A stretch of DNA of 64,000 bases, taken from contig NC_135250.1 in assembly GCF_964204865.1 (NCBI RefSeq), forward strand, positions 32,550,001 through 32,614,000, read 5' to 3'. A program made the translations under genes and the position numbers. This stretch comes from Styela clava (taxonomy: Eukaryota). Each line of letters starts with the position of its first letter. The first letter of the stretch is position 1. Below are positions 43,426 through 58,200 of the stretch, piece after piece. Below the pieces are notes generated by a model. That model was not told the origin of the DNA. It was given only the letters and a program-made list of their open reading frames with translations, and ran no database searches.

Positions 43426-44844
43426 TCAGCAGACGCCCTCAGTAACAAGCCTTGCCTTGTCAGACGTCTTGGCTATGATGTCATCTCCCGCTGCCACCTC
43501 TTCAATGATCGGTTTCTGCAGTGGAGTGTCTCCTGCCGCTACGTCCTTCCCCATGGAGCCGCCAGAGAGAGTACGGATGCGATTCTGTGTGTCTCGATCC
43601 TGTGATCCAGTGGAACAGCCAGAATATGTACGAGATCGTGCGAGACGTGACATGATGACAGATGGGATGTAGCCAAGACCTGTTGATGGAGAAAATAAAA
43701 TTACACGAGATAAAGAAAAGTCAGGCACGACATATAGGGCCACTGATATTAAAAAATAGGGATTCAAAAAATACAAGATTAAAAACTTGTTTTGAGGATA
43801 TTATAAGGAGGAGATATCTGCCATTTGAATTAGGATGATAAACATAATTTATGAAAGAGGTGGGACAGTAATTTTCACTCAAATTCAATGTCAATTCGAA
43901 CCTTGCAGGAAGTAAGTGATGGCTTCCGCAACCTTGAATGTCTGTTCTTCGAGGATCATCCCGCCCGCATCAGCCATCTTCAAGAATGTTGTTTTTCTTG
44001 GGTTGAGTCGAGAGTTGAGTTCCACGACCTCCTCAACAAATGGAGACATATCACCCACTAGGAGGAGTGTGGAGCACGGAATTGAATGCTTTTCGCCCTC
44101 TTCAGTAGTGGGTCCGACAGTGCGAAACACGTTGATTTCAGTGCGACGTTCGTACTCCTTCAGCAACAGTTGAACGTTGTTTGCGTTCATGTTGTTCTGC
44201 AGATGTTTGCGATGAGCCTCGACTAATTCATGGTTGGCGCGTTCAACTTCCTCTTTTGAGAAATGGTAATTCAGTAGCTGCTCGTGGAGGGGAGTTGCCC
44301 AGTTGGTGATCTTACTGCCCAGCCATGAAAGATTTCCAACAGCTCCTCTAGTGGCATTGACAGCAATCAGGCCATCAACAAGAGTGGGATTCTTCATAGC
44401 GAAGCGAGTTAGAACATTTGCTCCAAGTCCGCATCCAATGCAGATGGCCTCCTTGATGGAAAACTTGGTGAAAACCTTGGCGACCATATCGGAAAGATTC
44501 TCGATGGATGGATAAGCAAATCCCGTCTCCTTACTGAGATCGGGAGCGTTTTCTTGCATCCCTGGTGCATCAATGTGATAGACGCAGAAACGATTGCGAA
44601 TGGATTCCATGTGCTCTGAGTTGAACAAAGAGCTGAAGTTGGATACATGATTCATCCCGATGTCATGGAAAGTGATAAAAGGCTTTCCGGTTGAGCGATC
44701 ACCTTGAATGGTGACATGTACATCAACAGAGTGTGATGCGCCATTGTAAATATACGAGCATTCCACAACAACCGTTTCACCGGCCGTTGACTTCTCAAAC
44801 AGCAGAGGTTTGGCTTCGGATATGTTAATTTCTTGAAGCTCCAT
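43426..44844 (-). CDS. NDRG: NDRG family alpha/beta-hydrolase-fold protein, 398 aa. Exons 43902-44844 and 43426-43679
   Basis: MELQEINISEAKPLL..ITFHDIGMNH..FCVYHIDAPG..LLLVGDMSP..LNPRKTTFLKMADAGG..YFLQG|LGYIPSVIMSRLARSRT (R-S-R-T phospho-tail). 1197 nt, GT-AG intron 43680-43901. Paralogue number not assignable. Confidence 0.95.
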
Positions 44845-46883
44845 GTCTGCTTTGGGGCTATAGTAATTCTTGACAGACTAGGTTTAGGCTGATATGAGTC
44901 TAGAAACCGAAAGTTTGAAGACTGGAATATCTTTAAAAATTCTAACTCACCACTATTTTGTCTAGTGAAAGTACCTGTGAAATTTTTCAAATAGACGACT
45001 GGTTATCAATTGTTGCATCAATCTATTCTCACTCAGTATTATATACTTTTGTATTGTAATGGCCTGAATCGGTAACCAAGTTGAATAATTAGAATATCAA
45101 ACTTTCCGGACACAATCCAAGCCCTATACTGCATTTTCCATTCACACACAATATTTATGAGCTTAAAATTGTGTAGTCAAACTTTGGTGTGTAAACAGTT
45201 AAACACCGAGATAATTTAATTATGATGATAGCTGGGACGAATCACAATAGCCCTAAGCGAAAGCCTGCTTGGGCCGGGGATAAACACTCAGGCAAAGTAC
45301 ACTCCAGACATGGTCTGTGTGTGTATTCAACTTGCCAGACAACAAGAATGACGGAAATAAAACCTGGGTAAACAGAATGTTCCGCGTCGTTTGCTTCAAT
45401 AGGAACCAAAACATCGGGTTTCAAATTTCGAGTGTGATTATGATGTCACCTTTTATTGGCGGCTGGTTGGGCAACATTGAAATTAATTAAGTTTGAAATA
45501 CATTAAAAACTATATCTCATTTCACAAACAGTTTCATTGTAAGATTTTGCCAAATTAAGTCCTTGTCATATTTCCTTATACAGCAAATAATGACTTTTGT
45601 AAACAGCTGATAAAAAACTTTTGGCAACCAAAATCATAAACGCAAGTTATAATCACCAGTAGTGAGGTCTTGCTATATGCTTCGAGAAAGCTTGGATGCC
45701 CAAGCGAAATACCCTGCAATTTTCCAAATTGGTATAACATACAAATCCAGACCGATTTATTATAGACACCTGTGTAACTTTGTGAAATTACTCTGTAGTA
45801 TTCTCACTGCTGAATTATGTTTGTCGAAACTACATTAGCATCTCCTATTCATTGCTGAACATTCATTAAATATATTATATTAAAATGTAGCAAAGAATCC
45901 AACCAGACACTGTACAATATGGTTACATTTGCTCAATTTACACTTCATTGGTGATTCAGACAAAGAATATGGCAACACTCATCTATCGACGTCATCACTT
46001 TTTGTTAAATCAAAACCAAAACACAGAGTCGAGTTTCAAATCAACACAAAGAAATGTCTGAAGAACAGACGACACAGGAAGATTTTTCATGTTGTTCATA
46101 TCCAGGCCTGTTGTTTATCAGATTAGCAAAATAAAAAACTCTTGCCAATGTACAAATGTATAACAAATAAATACAGAGAAATGTATTACATTCTTTGTCA
46201 TAATCTAATGAAAAGTTTAAGGATTAATTTGAATATGATAGATCTTGTGGAAATGAGTCATTGTTAGAAAGTAATAAATAATTTAGATCGTGATTATGAT
46301 ATAATAGACATGATATGATAGTATGATTAATTTTGGTAGGAAGCCAAATCTGCAATTTCTATAATAGAGATAACGAAATTTCTAAGCTATTATTATGAGA
46401 TATAAAGATATTTATATTCTTTATTAAATGTGTCCATTTATCAAGTAACTACAGGGACAGCTGATTTGTCAAAAACGATTGATCTCTACAAATTTCTTTG
46501 CCGAAAATTTAAAAATAGGAGAGAGCTTTTATGAAAAGTGATTCAATTGGTTCTCTTCTTTTGCAGTTTTCAGAAATTGAACGCTCTCTGAGACTTCAGT
46601 TGCTCAAAATGACAAATTTTGAAATAAAATTATTCGTTTTGGACATCTCCGCCTATTATCCCCTTTGTGATGTATCTGAGCACAACCCTGAATATGACTA
46701 GAATGAGCAATGAAGCGAAGTAATTGATTTCATGCCCTGATAACCAAGCAATGTCCTGCTGTTTCTATTGAGTTTAATTAGGAAACTCAGCATGTTGGAG
46801 GATAATCTAGGTTTCCACTGGGAAGCTTTAATGCAATAACACATGGGTCCTGAAAGAACTCGATATTCAATATGGAATATAAA

Positions 46884-47585
46884 CAGGGCTGCCATCGATA
46901 TGAACCCAAAAATAAGGACGTCGGTGAAACATGATAATAAGATAACAAAGAACGTACTTGCATCGCAAAAAAACTAAGGAAGATAAATGAACAAGCTTTT
47001 TATGTGAAACTACATAGCACCTCATACACTAAAGCACAGCACTACAACGGATTTTATTTATGATGAAGAATTCCATATAAAGACATTTTGTCCCGATTTT
47101 CTCCATTATTCTGTGTGTTTATTCTAATGTTTTGTGTGTTAATTGTTTGTTTTGTGTATTTTTTTTAGGGGAGATCGAAATAAACTTATACTTATAATAA
47201 ACAAAATGTGTTCATGCCAGTGTGACCCATGTCTAATCATACTTTGCCCTAGAATTGCTCCAGCAGTTCTTCATTCTTAGAAACGACCTATTCCATCTCA
47301 CTTCTATTTCGATTCAAGTTAACACAAACTAATCCGGAAAGCTAAGATTTTGTCATTGTGACTGTAATTACGTCATGAAAGCCCGTAGCAATGAATGAGG
47401 TTCTAATATCATCTCTAGTATATAAATCATTGGAACTGACCAATCTATGTGCCTGGTATAAGAACCTCTACCCCTAGAACAATAAAAATAAGGACACATG
47501 TCAAAATAATGACTTTTCTTAGAAATAAGGACTAAATAATTTTCTAAGACGAATCCTTCAAAATAAGGACAATATGGCAGCCCTG
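46884..47585. mobile_element. hAT (Tip100-like) MITE
   Basis: 12-bp TIRs CAGGGCTGCCAT / ATGGCAGCCCTG, TSD AATATAAA vs AAAATAAA, repeated AAATAAGGAC subterminal motif. Confidence 0.78.
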
Positions 47586-48203
47586 AAAATAAATGAAACT
47601 CTCAAGGGTTGATATGTAACTCTGATGATCTGAATATTCATTTATAGGTTTATAGAAAAACAGCTTGGACAGGACTAACCAAGATTATCAGAGATTACTG
47701 GCTCAGCCTCGTGGTCTCAAATGACATAGCATATTTATAAGAGGAACAAATGAACTAGCGCTGTACCAATCAGTCAATGCAATAATACCCCATGCTATCA
47801 TATAAAATAACGAATGTATCTGAACAGCAACGCACTCTGACACTGCAGTTCCACAAATGGAACATCTTGTTAGAACATTAACAATGACAAATATTTTCGC
47901 TGTCAGTCCAGCAGTCTGAGTTTTTCCCAACGAAATGTTTTAATTCAATTTCCATGGATGCAGGGATGACAAGCCAGTACCTTTTAGCACATCTTATACT
48001 GCAGTACTGGCTTGCTCTGTCTGTCTGTGGGGTGAGATTGGTTATTACAATATTTTTCTATTGCACTATTTTATCCCAGACGTGGGATATAACTAATACT
48101 GTAATATGGTGTACCGGTAATAGACTAATAACAGTAATGACAGACACCATTCTGCCAGTATTAATAATTTACTGACTTTCATTTTTGAGATTCACTTTAT
48201 ATA

Positions 48204-49448
48204 GGTATGTTACAAAAAAATTAAACTTCATCCGATTTAAATAAAAACTGCACCAGTGGATAGATCTAAGTGAAAATAAGAAAACAATACCAAGTTTGTG
48301 AAAAATGGTCAAGAATTAACGGAAATATCTGCATTTAAGTACCGCCAGATAGGCCAATTTTTTCCATAAGGATTGTATTGCGCCGACTCAAAAACTGTGA
48401 CCGCGAGAATGTCAGACCGATAAACAACAGAATGTATCTCGGCTATTTTTGGAGGTAATCGAAAAAAATTTTGAATGAAAAGTTATTGTGAATAGAAGAA
48501 CCTAATGCAAAAAAGTTTACAAATTCTTTTTAACGATATTAGCTGCTTTTCAATTAATTATGTACGAGAAAGTTTCTGAACTTTACATAACCTCTGGTCG
48601 GCAACGACTTTCCCAATACGCAAGTTCCCGCATACGCGGCAATTAACTGATTTAGCGTTTTTCATATCCGACCTTAATGAACGATTAATTATCATTTAAT
48701 ATTCCTTAACTCGTAGGAGATTTACCGCGCTTAGTGAAACGCAAAACGAGAGAAATCGCTGCGAGGGAAAATGTCGGCATTCAGTCGATAACTGATGCGC
48801 GTTGACAGACGCGTGCTAAGATCATACTTCTCGTGCCTTGAATTAATTTGTACCGTTTCGTAAACGTATGCGAATTGACTTTTTTCAATAAGAACTTTAA
48901 TAAATATGAAAAAAAAAACACATATCAATCTTTAATTTTTCGATGTGCGTCACATCTAAGAAAATTCAGATTACTTTAGGATTTTATTCTGGCAACGATC
49001 ATTGAGGCCGTCGGAAGATCGTCGCAAATCAACCCTGGAGTTGAGCATATTAGTTTGACAGTGCCTCGTTGCGGGTAATAATTAACGATGTTCTGATTGA
49101 ACAAACTTCATAAAAATTGGTAAGTATCAAGTTAGGAATGACATACATGCGTCCATATATATTTTATTGGTGTCCATAGACAATATCATTAATTTGCAGT
49201 ACGTATAACTTTAGCGTAATTTTTAAAAGCCCCGAATGTTGGGAAATTTATGCGCTAATGAAAAAATTCAAATACCAAATCATAGTTGCGCATTTTATCT
49301 AAGTTATGTCCAAATTTCATGGAATTCCAAACAACAGCAGGCAGTCCGTAGTCGTTTTTATGAGCGGTATTCTGACACGGCGTTACGGTACTTAGCAGAC
49401 GTGGTGCGTACATTTTTTGGCGCGAAAAAGCGCGTTTTGTAACATTCC
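48204..49448. mobile_element. Non-autonomous DNA transposon (about 1.25 kb), superfamily uncertain
   Basis: 14-bp TIRs GGTATGTTACAAAA / TTTTGTAACATTCC (1 mismatch), flanked by TA; CpG-rich non-coding interior. Confidence 0.65.
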
Positions 49449-52400
49449 TACTTTATAGCTATATACAGATATATTTTTTACTTCACATATTGATTCTTGC
49501 AGGACAAAAACAAACATCAGAATCTTAAAGCTGTAAAGAATTATATTGTTATACAGACTGACAGATCAGTAGATACTGCCAGTACTGCAGCTATACGGTA
49601 CTGCAGTACTGCTATAAGTACGATATATCTGTATTTCAATATTTGGAATACAAGCATAGGATATCTGGATACGGTCTGTGAGTGGGTTTGATTTTACCTG
49701 AACGCTTCTGTCAAAAACTTCATTCCATCCAGTTACGTCGTTCACATCGCTAGACCCCGTTTTTGTATATTTCAGTACCGTACCGGTACCGGTATTTGCT
49801 CGACAAAATCTGAAAAAAATAAACCTAGTCTCCATGCTTACAGTACCCTAACCCTTTTCAACTGCAAACATAAAAGATAACAATACTGTAACACGGTATG
49901 TCAGTATGTCCTTTTATCAATTACTTTATATTCGAATAAATATGCACGACACTCGACCGCTTAAGTTCGAACCAACGATTGCCTGTGGATGTAAAACAAT
50001 GTAAAACAAACAAACGCGCACGAGAACGACGCAGCTCGCATTTAAGCTGCAGCAAACGTAGAGGGATGTCGGAAAACAACTCTCGAGAACAATGAAATAT
50101 ATTTGTGCAAATAAAACCCACGCAGATAATATGTTCAGTGACATTTTTTTAGATTTTTCCGATTAAATGCAAATATTTTAAAAACTTGATTATCTAAAAT
50201 ATCTATCAAAATGTAATGAAATGTTTTGAAAAATTCCTCCCAAAAGTTGCACTTGATTTACAAAAAATATATTTAAACATGACGTCAATTTTCTCGCGTA
50301 GGAAACGCGACTATTATGACTGAGATTATTTTTTTGAGACAGACGAGGATGCAAATAGGTACCTATTGCTCTCTACTGGCATATAGCGGCATCACATATT
50401 TCTGTTTATCAAATTTTCAAAATATTGAGCGTTTTGTCTGAGTTCGTTCAATTCAAGGTCGCGATTACGAGGCATCAAAACAATTATATTGCTAAGGAAG
50501 TTATTGCTGGTATCTACTGACAAGCTAAGAATATACTTGATACTTCACTTGATTTTACCTATTATTTCTGTTTCCATTACATTTGAACCCACGTACATTT
50601 GAACCCACGACGATTGCACCTTCATACTATTGCAAAAGGTTGTTACAGCTTACGGGGCATATTTTTTTCCAGTATTTTGTTTTTCGTTGTAGAATAACCT
50701 AAGCAATGCATTTGAGCGTAACAAATCGACGTCCCCCAAACAATCAAACTTCTAAATCCAAAATCATGCATGGCTCTGGCTAGAATATTCTGGGCTCACC
50801 CGGAACGTTGGTGTCCTGCGGCTCATTGTTTCACAATAAAAAGATTTAGTAGTGTTATTGTTCTACAATTATGAAGCAATTTTGTAATCAAATAACATTT
50901 ATTCGATCCGACAAAAGGCCAGAAGTCATAATTTTTTTTATATAGCCTACTGCTAGTAATGTTCAGCAAAATATCTCGAAATAGAATAGTAATTGTGAAT
51001 TGTATAATATCCGATTATAGTGTCTATTTATTTTGCTAATCCACGTAATGGGAAGCCATATTTACTGTTAATGCATTCATAAAAACGAAACGAATCGATT
51101 CGAACCCTCCGAAAGCGACCGGATAAAAATGTTAACATAAACAATGCGAAGAGTTATGCAAAAGGTAACGGGATTTTGATTTTCAAATTAATTTATTTTG
51201 TCATTCGAATAAGCTTTACATCACATATATACACCATCACAGAAACAGAAAGTAGGATGTGCAGATCCAGTATCCGTCCTACTCGACTACAAAAACAATT
51301 TTAATCCAAAACCCGTGTGATCTACTCTCAGTATTTTAAAGTAGATTTAACGAAATACCTAAAAAAAAATCGATTGTAAATTTAACAATACATTTGGTGT
51401 AAATCCCGAATACAATTACCTCGAAATGCTTCTAAACCCATTTCATTTTTCTCAACGTTATGTTAATACGGATTCCATTAATCCTTTGTTTTTACAACAT
51501 CGGCTCAATAACAAGATGAGATGCGTTTGTTGGGTTAAGGTTTTGAGGGATGTAGTTGTTAGTAGCAACGGGTGTGTCCATGTTTGGCAGAGTCTGGGTC
51601 AGTGACAGATGGAAATAGCCGGAGCCAACATAGCGTGGTTGCAACAACAAATGGACTTGCCAAAATCAATTATAGTTTACAGAGAGATTCCCCGTGGGAA
51701 GCCGCACTCGAATTGTTCATCGCATTGACAATTCTCATTGGTTGAGCGATAGCAGAGATGCTGGAATATGGAATAAGAGACGAGTTGAAAGCCCCTCACC
51801 CATCGATATGACGTACCAACATGGCAATTTTTATTGAATAACCTTAAGATATTAGAATCTATGCGAAGAGAAAATTTAGAGAGGAATAGCTGAATAATTA
51901 GTCTTCTTGATAACTGAATTGTTTTTATCGCGTCACACGAAGATGGACGAACCAGTTGACCACGAGTTGTTACAAGATCTCTCTCTGAATATTTGCCGAG
52001 GATTAAAATTGTCAAATTTCAAGTGCAGGAAAGCTTTTGGCAGCTGCGAATAATTGCGGTGCTTCACGAAACAATATTGAAAAACATATAGAGTTTTCTA
52101 TGATTTAAAGGTAAATCATAATTAAACCACTATTTCTATTATTCCCAACGAGAACAAAGCAGTTGAAAAATGCCAGTATATTTGCTTATTACTTTAAAGA
52201 AAGTCAAGTGAAAAAAGATACATTTACAGTTAGAGTTATTTCTCCTTGTTACCACATCAAACGGAAAATTGCACTTTCAAATGCGACAGATCTGATTATT
52301 CTGAAAGATGGGACAATATGTTTCGTAGAAATCATTTGAGAGTAGAAATGCTTGATTTAAAGCTTGACCAGTGAAAAGAGAATAGTTGCTACAGGCCAAG

Positions 52401-52690
52401 CTGGGAAAAATATCGCCTTATTGACTGGGATACATGCGAGCAGTTGACTTAAAACTTCCCGTATTAGATCGGCCAGTAAAACACCATGATCAAACTTTCT
52501 TGGAAAAACATTTATTGCTGAAATTCGGAAATTCGTAAAATATTGGAATGAAGAGCCTCGGGCTGACTTAAAGTATGAATTATCGAAGAGTATCAAAACG
52601 AGGAAACGTTTCATACAAAATCAGTAAAAATGTTGAAAAACGATTTTGACGGACATCGTTAGTTCAAGTGTTGTAAAGTTCTCATACCGC

Positions 52691-52721
52691 GTTGCTTGGA
52701 TACGTTCGTTACCATGGTGAC
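52691..52721. promoter_or_regulatory. Tandem RFX X-box motifs upstream of the FAM166-like gene
   Basis: GTTGCTTGGATAC (52691-52703) and GTTACCATGGTGAC (52708-52721) fit the X-box palindrome; consistent with a motile-cilia gene downstream. Confidence 0.6.
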
Positions 52722-53661
52722 ATGTAACTTAATTTAGCGAGCTCTTAAATTATCTCCGCGTCGGAGAAACATTTTTAATTTGACATTGTTATGTTTGCAA
52801 ACTTGTTCTACAACACAAAGCCCTCAGTTGAGAAAGTGCAGGCCATACTATTAGGAATATTCAGAGAAATTAGTTACAATTCGAAGTTATTCAAACAAAC
52901 ATTACAATACATAAGGACACATATGAGACGAAGGTGACTAGTGTTCAAGTAGCTCGAGCTATACATATGCCAAACTCGACGAAGAATGGTTTTATACTGA
53001 GACAGTCGGGCAGGAAATATTGACAATTACAACAAAATAGACAATAATATTACTTTATGTTTTTGCAGCATTGAAGTGAGAAATCCCATTCGGATTCAAT
53101 TTGACGATACGCACTTTCAGATCTGAGATTTACTGTCAATCATGCTCGGCCCGAGTTAGTTGAAGAAGCAATATTTTTCATTATCGCCTTTGTTTGACGA
53201 TTCGTGTGGATAGGGATTAAGCGTTGTCAACTTTAATGAGATGAAAGCTTTTTCCACTCGAAGTTTTATACGCGAATATCTTTAAAATATATTACGCTTC
53301 CGCTATATTCATGACATTCTTATTATTAATTTTGGACTTTTCTCTTGTGAACGAGAAAGTTAAAACACATATTGTCAGTCTAAGCTCTAAACAAGGCAGT
53401 GAACAAGCAACGATATAGTCATTTATTTTAAATTTGAAGAGAACCATTGTTTTCGTCACTTTGAAAGAATATTAATATTCATATGATGAATTTGGGAACA
53501 CTCATTGATTGGATCTATAGGAACACCGAATTTTGCTGACAACAAAAAGTCTTTTATATTTTTCGCGAGGTCCCGACCCATTTATTGTTTCTCCCGCCCG
53601 ATCTGTGTTTCCCATTGTTTGTCACCTTGTAAAGTAATACGAGGCTGGAAGGTTGTGTGTT

Positions 53662-53675
53662 GTAACAATGGAAAC
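53662..53675. promoter_or_regulatory. X-box-like motif with nearby forkhead (TAAACA) site
   Basis: GTAACAATGGAAAC followed by ATAAACAA at about 53692, in a CpG-richer promoter-like zone. Confidence 0.45.
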
Positions 53676-54751
53676 AAGAATTCTCATTATGATAAACAAT
53701 GGGGGCGATAATAATAAGGCGGGATTTATTAGATGGGTTTCGCAGGAGTCCGCGCGTGTTGCGAGTTTCGCGATAGATAGTAATTATTCGTTTTCTATGA
53801 ACGAAAGCAACAATTGTGATTTTAATGCTAAAGTGAGATTTAGTTTAAATGTAATAAATATCATGCGGTGGTAGAGTGGTGCGTTTGAAACTCCGAACCG
53901 GAAATATGTTCATGTCGACATTGCTAAAATAAGCGATTACCGCCCAAGTCGCCCCAACAGCGTTATAGAAGTATAAACACTGCGAGGAAAGAGGTAGCGT
54001 TTTAAAATTATATCATTCATTATTCATGCGAGTTTTCAACGACACCTAGAACTATAGGTTGATAGTTTATTTAGACAGAATTGAATATTTTACAAATCCA
54101 CTCTCATCCATTCCTCTGCTTCTCGGATTTATATTTTAGAAAGGAAAGCGACTATTGGTTCACTCTGTCATTTATTCCGCTCAAAAAACATGACATAAGT
54201 TTTAGGAAAATGCAGAAGGTATGTGCAAGAACCTTCGTATGAGGTAGATGGTACGAACATTTTCGAAAACGGCGCTTTATGCTAGGCAGGGATGGGAAGG
54301 AAAAATGTGCGAGAATAGGGTGTCGCATTTATCATTCACTACCGTTTGGTGGAGGATTTAGTGATAATTTGCTCTTTGGCTATTTACTTTGCTAGGAGGT
54401 TAATGGATAGTATTCACGAACTGATTTATTCGAGACAAGTGAAATTTCTCGATATCTAGGTGATGTATATTCGACCAGATTTCCCATGGCCAAGCATGAA
54501 AAGCCACTTCTCTGGCTGACTGTTGTTGCGCATTGCCGAAGAAGAGAAATTTAACAAAAAAAAATGTTCCGTATGTTTAAATCCGGCAGATTCGAACCAT
54601 ATTATTTCTGGCGCTCAGTAGTAATCGCTCAATTCCGCGATTCAAACCATAGTTAGCTCATTACTTTACAGCGGTCGCTTTTGCAGAGCCTTTTTTCGCG
54701 GGAAAAGGTGGATGTACATCATGGGATAATTTGCTCTTTTATTCCCAACAG

Positions 54752-54826
54752 ATCTTATTGTAGTATCAATGCAGGCAGGAACATATGGCATAGATTGATC
54801 AGAAGAGGCGAAAAAATAAACACAAG
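54752..54826 (+). other. Probable 5' UTR exon of the FAM166-like gene
   Basis: Pyrimidine tract + CAG acceptor, AAG|GTAAGA donor; the next acceptor TTTTTTTCAG at 55271 lies 18 nt before the ATG. Confidence 0.5.
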
Positions 54827-55289
54827 GTAAGATCAAGTAGTTTTGATTTCAAGAAATAAACCACCGCCGCCAAGTGTGGCCGCACATAAAACACATGTTT
54901 GCTTCTGTGTACTTGTATTTTGACTGACTAGGCTTCGATTAAACGAGGGATTGTATTTAATCCAAGATGTAAGGTTTAATTCAGTAGCGAATCGCATCCA
55001 AAATACAAGGCAATTGTGCTGTTGGCCCGTCGAAATGAAATGACTGATTTTAGGTCCACTTGATCATCTAATCCTCACGTATTCCGCCAAACCAAAACAG
55101 TGTATGGAAGAAATGTTCGTTGGTGGCCATATACACATTTTCCTGGAACAATGATATTTATGAGCGTATGTTCATATTTAGTTCTCCAGTGCAATATGAG
55201 GCTATTTCAGATTTCAACATAGTCAGACTAAATCTTTAAAATAGTTTTCACTCCGATTTTCTTTTTTTCAGAAATCTTTCCAACGCAAA

Positions 55290-58200
55290 ATGTCAATTCT
55301 AAAGCCGGAAGACAAACACCAAAACATCAGGGCGAGTGTTCTGGCACCGAAGGAGCCGTATCATATACCAGGGTAAGTGGAATTTATTTCCCCAAATTAT
55401 TGATTCCGGAACTAGAGCAATATATACTACCCATGAAAAGTTTTCACACTTTCACTTTCACAAAAGGATTTGTATAAATAGGAGATAATATTTCTGTAAA
55501 GAACGGAATCTTCATGGTGTGGCATTGCCTACACAACCTATACGATAGGTAAAATGATAGGCTATCGAGACGCCAACATGATTGAAGTTTATTGTTTTAA
55601 CCCTGTGGCGTATCTAGGATATTGCAGCTACGGCTCGTGCCATGGGCGCCGTTTGGACAGGGGCGCAACAAAGATGAAAAGTTTTAAGCGTAAAATGTTT
55701 CAATAGAATAACTCCAAATTGGAAATAATTGAATCTCGTATATTCACTTAAATAATAACGTACGAGTATCTCAATTCAACAACAGTAGTTGAAAATTCAA
55801 CGATCAAGGGGGCATTTTGCCATGAGCGCCGTTTTGCACAGATACGCCACTGCTTTACCCACAAAGCAATTGTTTCGCATCTCCACTCCAACCAAGGCTC
55901 CCGCATTGTAGGTACGAAACCCTGTACAGGCCTTGAATCAGGGTTTACAAAAACAAAATAACATCCCTTTGCATCTACAAAGAACAATTACTGTCCATTA
56001 GGTCCTCACATATAGATTCCACAAAGATTCACCGTTTAGTAATTTATTTTTTTCCAGATATGTAGGGCACAAACACCAGTACAAATACCAATGTGGAGAT
56101 ACGTTCGGCGTAACAACAAATCGTTTACTGATGTCAGCCGGACCTCACCGAGCAGTGGGAGATCTCATGCGACCCATTGACCCCCCTCGTGCCCACACTG
56201 TTGCACTTGGATATCACGAAGTACCAAAGGTAAGGATCGTGATTACAAACTTTGAGAAGGGATTCCGGGCGGATCAAAACAAATTGGGAAACTTTCATCG
56301 AATGAAAGTAATCAAACAAGACGAAATTTTGACATCAGCAGATATGACGTCATTAAATTTAAATATTCCCTCCTAATGCAATATTTTGAACCAAGAATGA
56401 AGCTTTTTTAAAAGTGATTAATATAACGCGAGATATCAGAGACCGCTTGTATAGGGGATTTCGTATGGGGTCTGGTTTGGAGACTTCCTATAAATAATGT
56501 GGCTGAATCATGAAGAACACTAGGTTGCTTCGATCAAACTCTCGAGCAAATGAATAGGAAAAGGAAGTGATGTGACTTCCCTATCCTATCCCACAACACA
56601 TAAATTTCTATCAAAGAGGAAAAGGTTTTTATGGATGTGATGCTTCCTATTTTGATTCGAAAATTCAAATAATAATGACGTAACAATAAATGAGTCGTAA
56701 TGGTTGAATTATGATATCAAATTCATCATAATGGACAATTGTCCGAACTATTCATTGCTATTCAAGCCGTAGGAAATTACTCATGTATTGATCAAACCTA
56801 ACCGTTTGAGCGTCACCTAGTATGAGCCAAGTATGGCCAGACCTATTTATTCTGTCACGTCACGGATGATTGCCCAGTGTTATCCGTTTCGGTGATCGAC
56901 CTGTCTCGGACTATTTATGGAACGTGAGGGCAGCTCGTGGTTGCTGCGTGAAGCGACAAAGCCATTGAAAAATTGAACATAATATCCCAAAGCATTGTTT
57001 GGAGCAAAAACTGTAATGAACTGCTATAAAAAAATAGCATTCTCCGTAACTGGTAATTAATTTGACGTATTCGTTTCAGTTGGCTGATGACAATTATAAC
57101 GTCAAATCACTTTTGAACGGAAGGCGGGAAAACTTTGGAGATCAGCTTTACAAACCGGATATGAGGAGCGGATATATGGGTTAGTTTTGTCTGGATTTCT
57201 GGACACGGAGCCAGTGATTGGGCCAGTGATTGGGGTTGGAATTCGATAAGACGACTCAATCACGTGGCGTACCGCAGCTTCTCGTCAAGTTACCAGTCCA
57301 TGTTGGTATGGGAATATTTAACCAGTTATTTGTTTTCGATGCTCAGACATACTTGAATATCATCATATTTTTTAAAAGATATTTCAGAACAATGCACATA
57401 TCGATGGCGCTAGATCCGCGTTCCTGATACCCAACCCCTCCCACCCTTATCTATTGGGATCAGTGGTGTATTGCCGAACAATAATTGTTATTTCTAACCT
57501 TGAGAATTGCAAGTAGCGACTACTTGCACGGGACTTGTTCGGAGAACACATTGTGACCATTGATTTCACTCACAGTGACAAATTATTTAGGTTAATTCAA
57601 GTATGGCCCAGTGGTGAATCGGGATTTTCAGGCTTGGCCCATGTATTGTACATGCTTGCCTATGAGGCCACCGCAAAGAAAATACATTGTCTGTAATCTG
57701 ATCGTATCATTATTGTCAGGGTTAAGGCATACAAAACTTATATGAACCATTCTTGAGTCAGCGAGCAGATTTTCCCATTAATAGTTAGGGGTGTGGATTG
57801 TCATCAATGTGTAGCAATACTGATGGTTGTCAATTTAGTGTGAAACAATTCGATTCGATATCTTTGTTATCACGTGAGCTATGTTTCGATCATTTTCACC
57901 CAACCTAAGAGCTAGGAATTTTTAATCGAATATCAAATTATTCGAATCGGTTTAGAAAAAGGTTGGAATCGCCGCCATTTTGTTGTTTATTGAAGTCATA
58001 TTTTCAAAATGCAATTCTGACATACGACTATTTATTCCTAGTAAGTTCTTAATGGAACTTGTTTCTTATTGTGTGTGTACGCTCAAAGAACTGATTGAGT
58101 GATGGATTCTATATTTTTTCAGTGATTTATGTCTGAAGAACCCATTACAAATAAATAATAGCATTCGATTAAATATCTTCCAAGTATATTAGATTCGATT

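Noticed and set aside
43244-44648. Plus-strand and alternate-frame ORFs over NDRG
   Set aside because: Shadows of the real NDRG coding exons.
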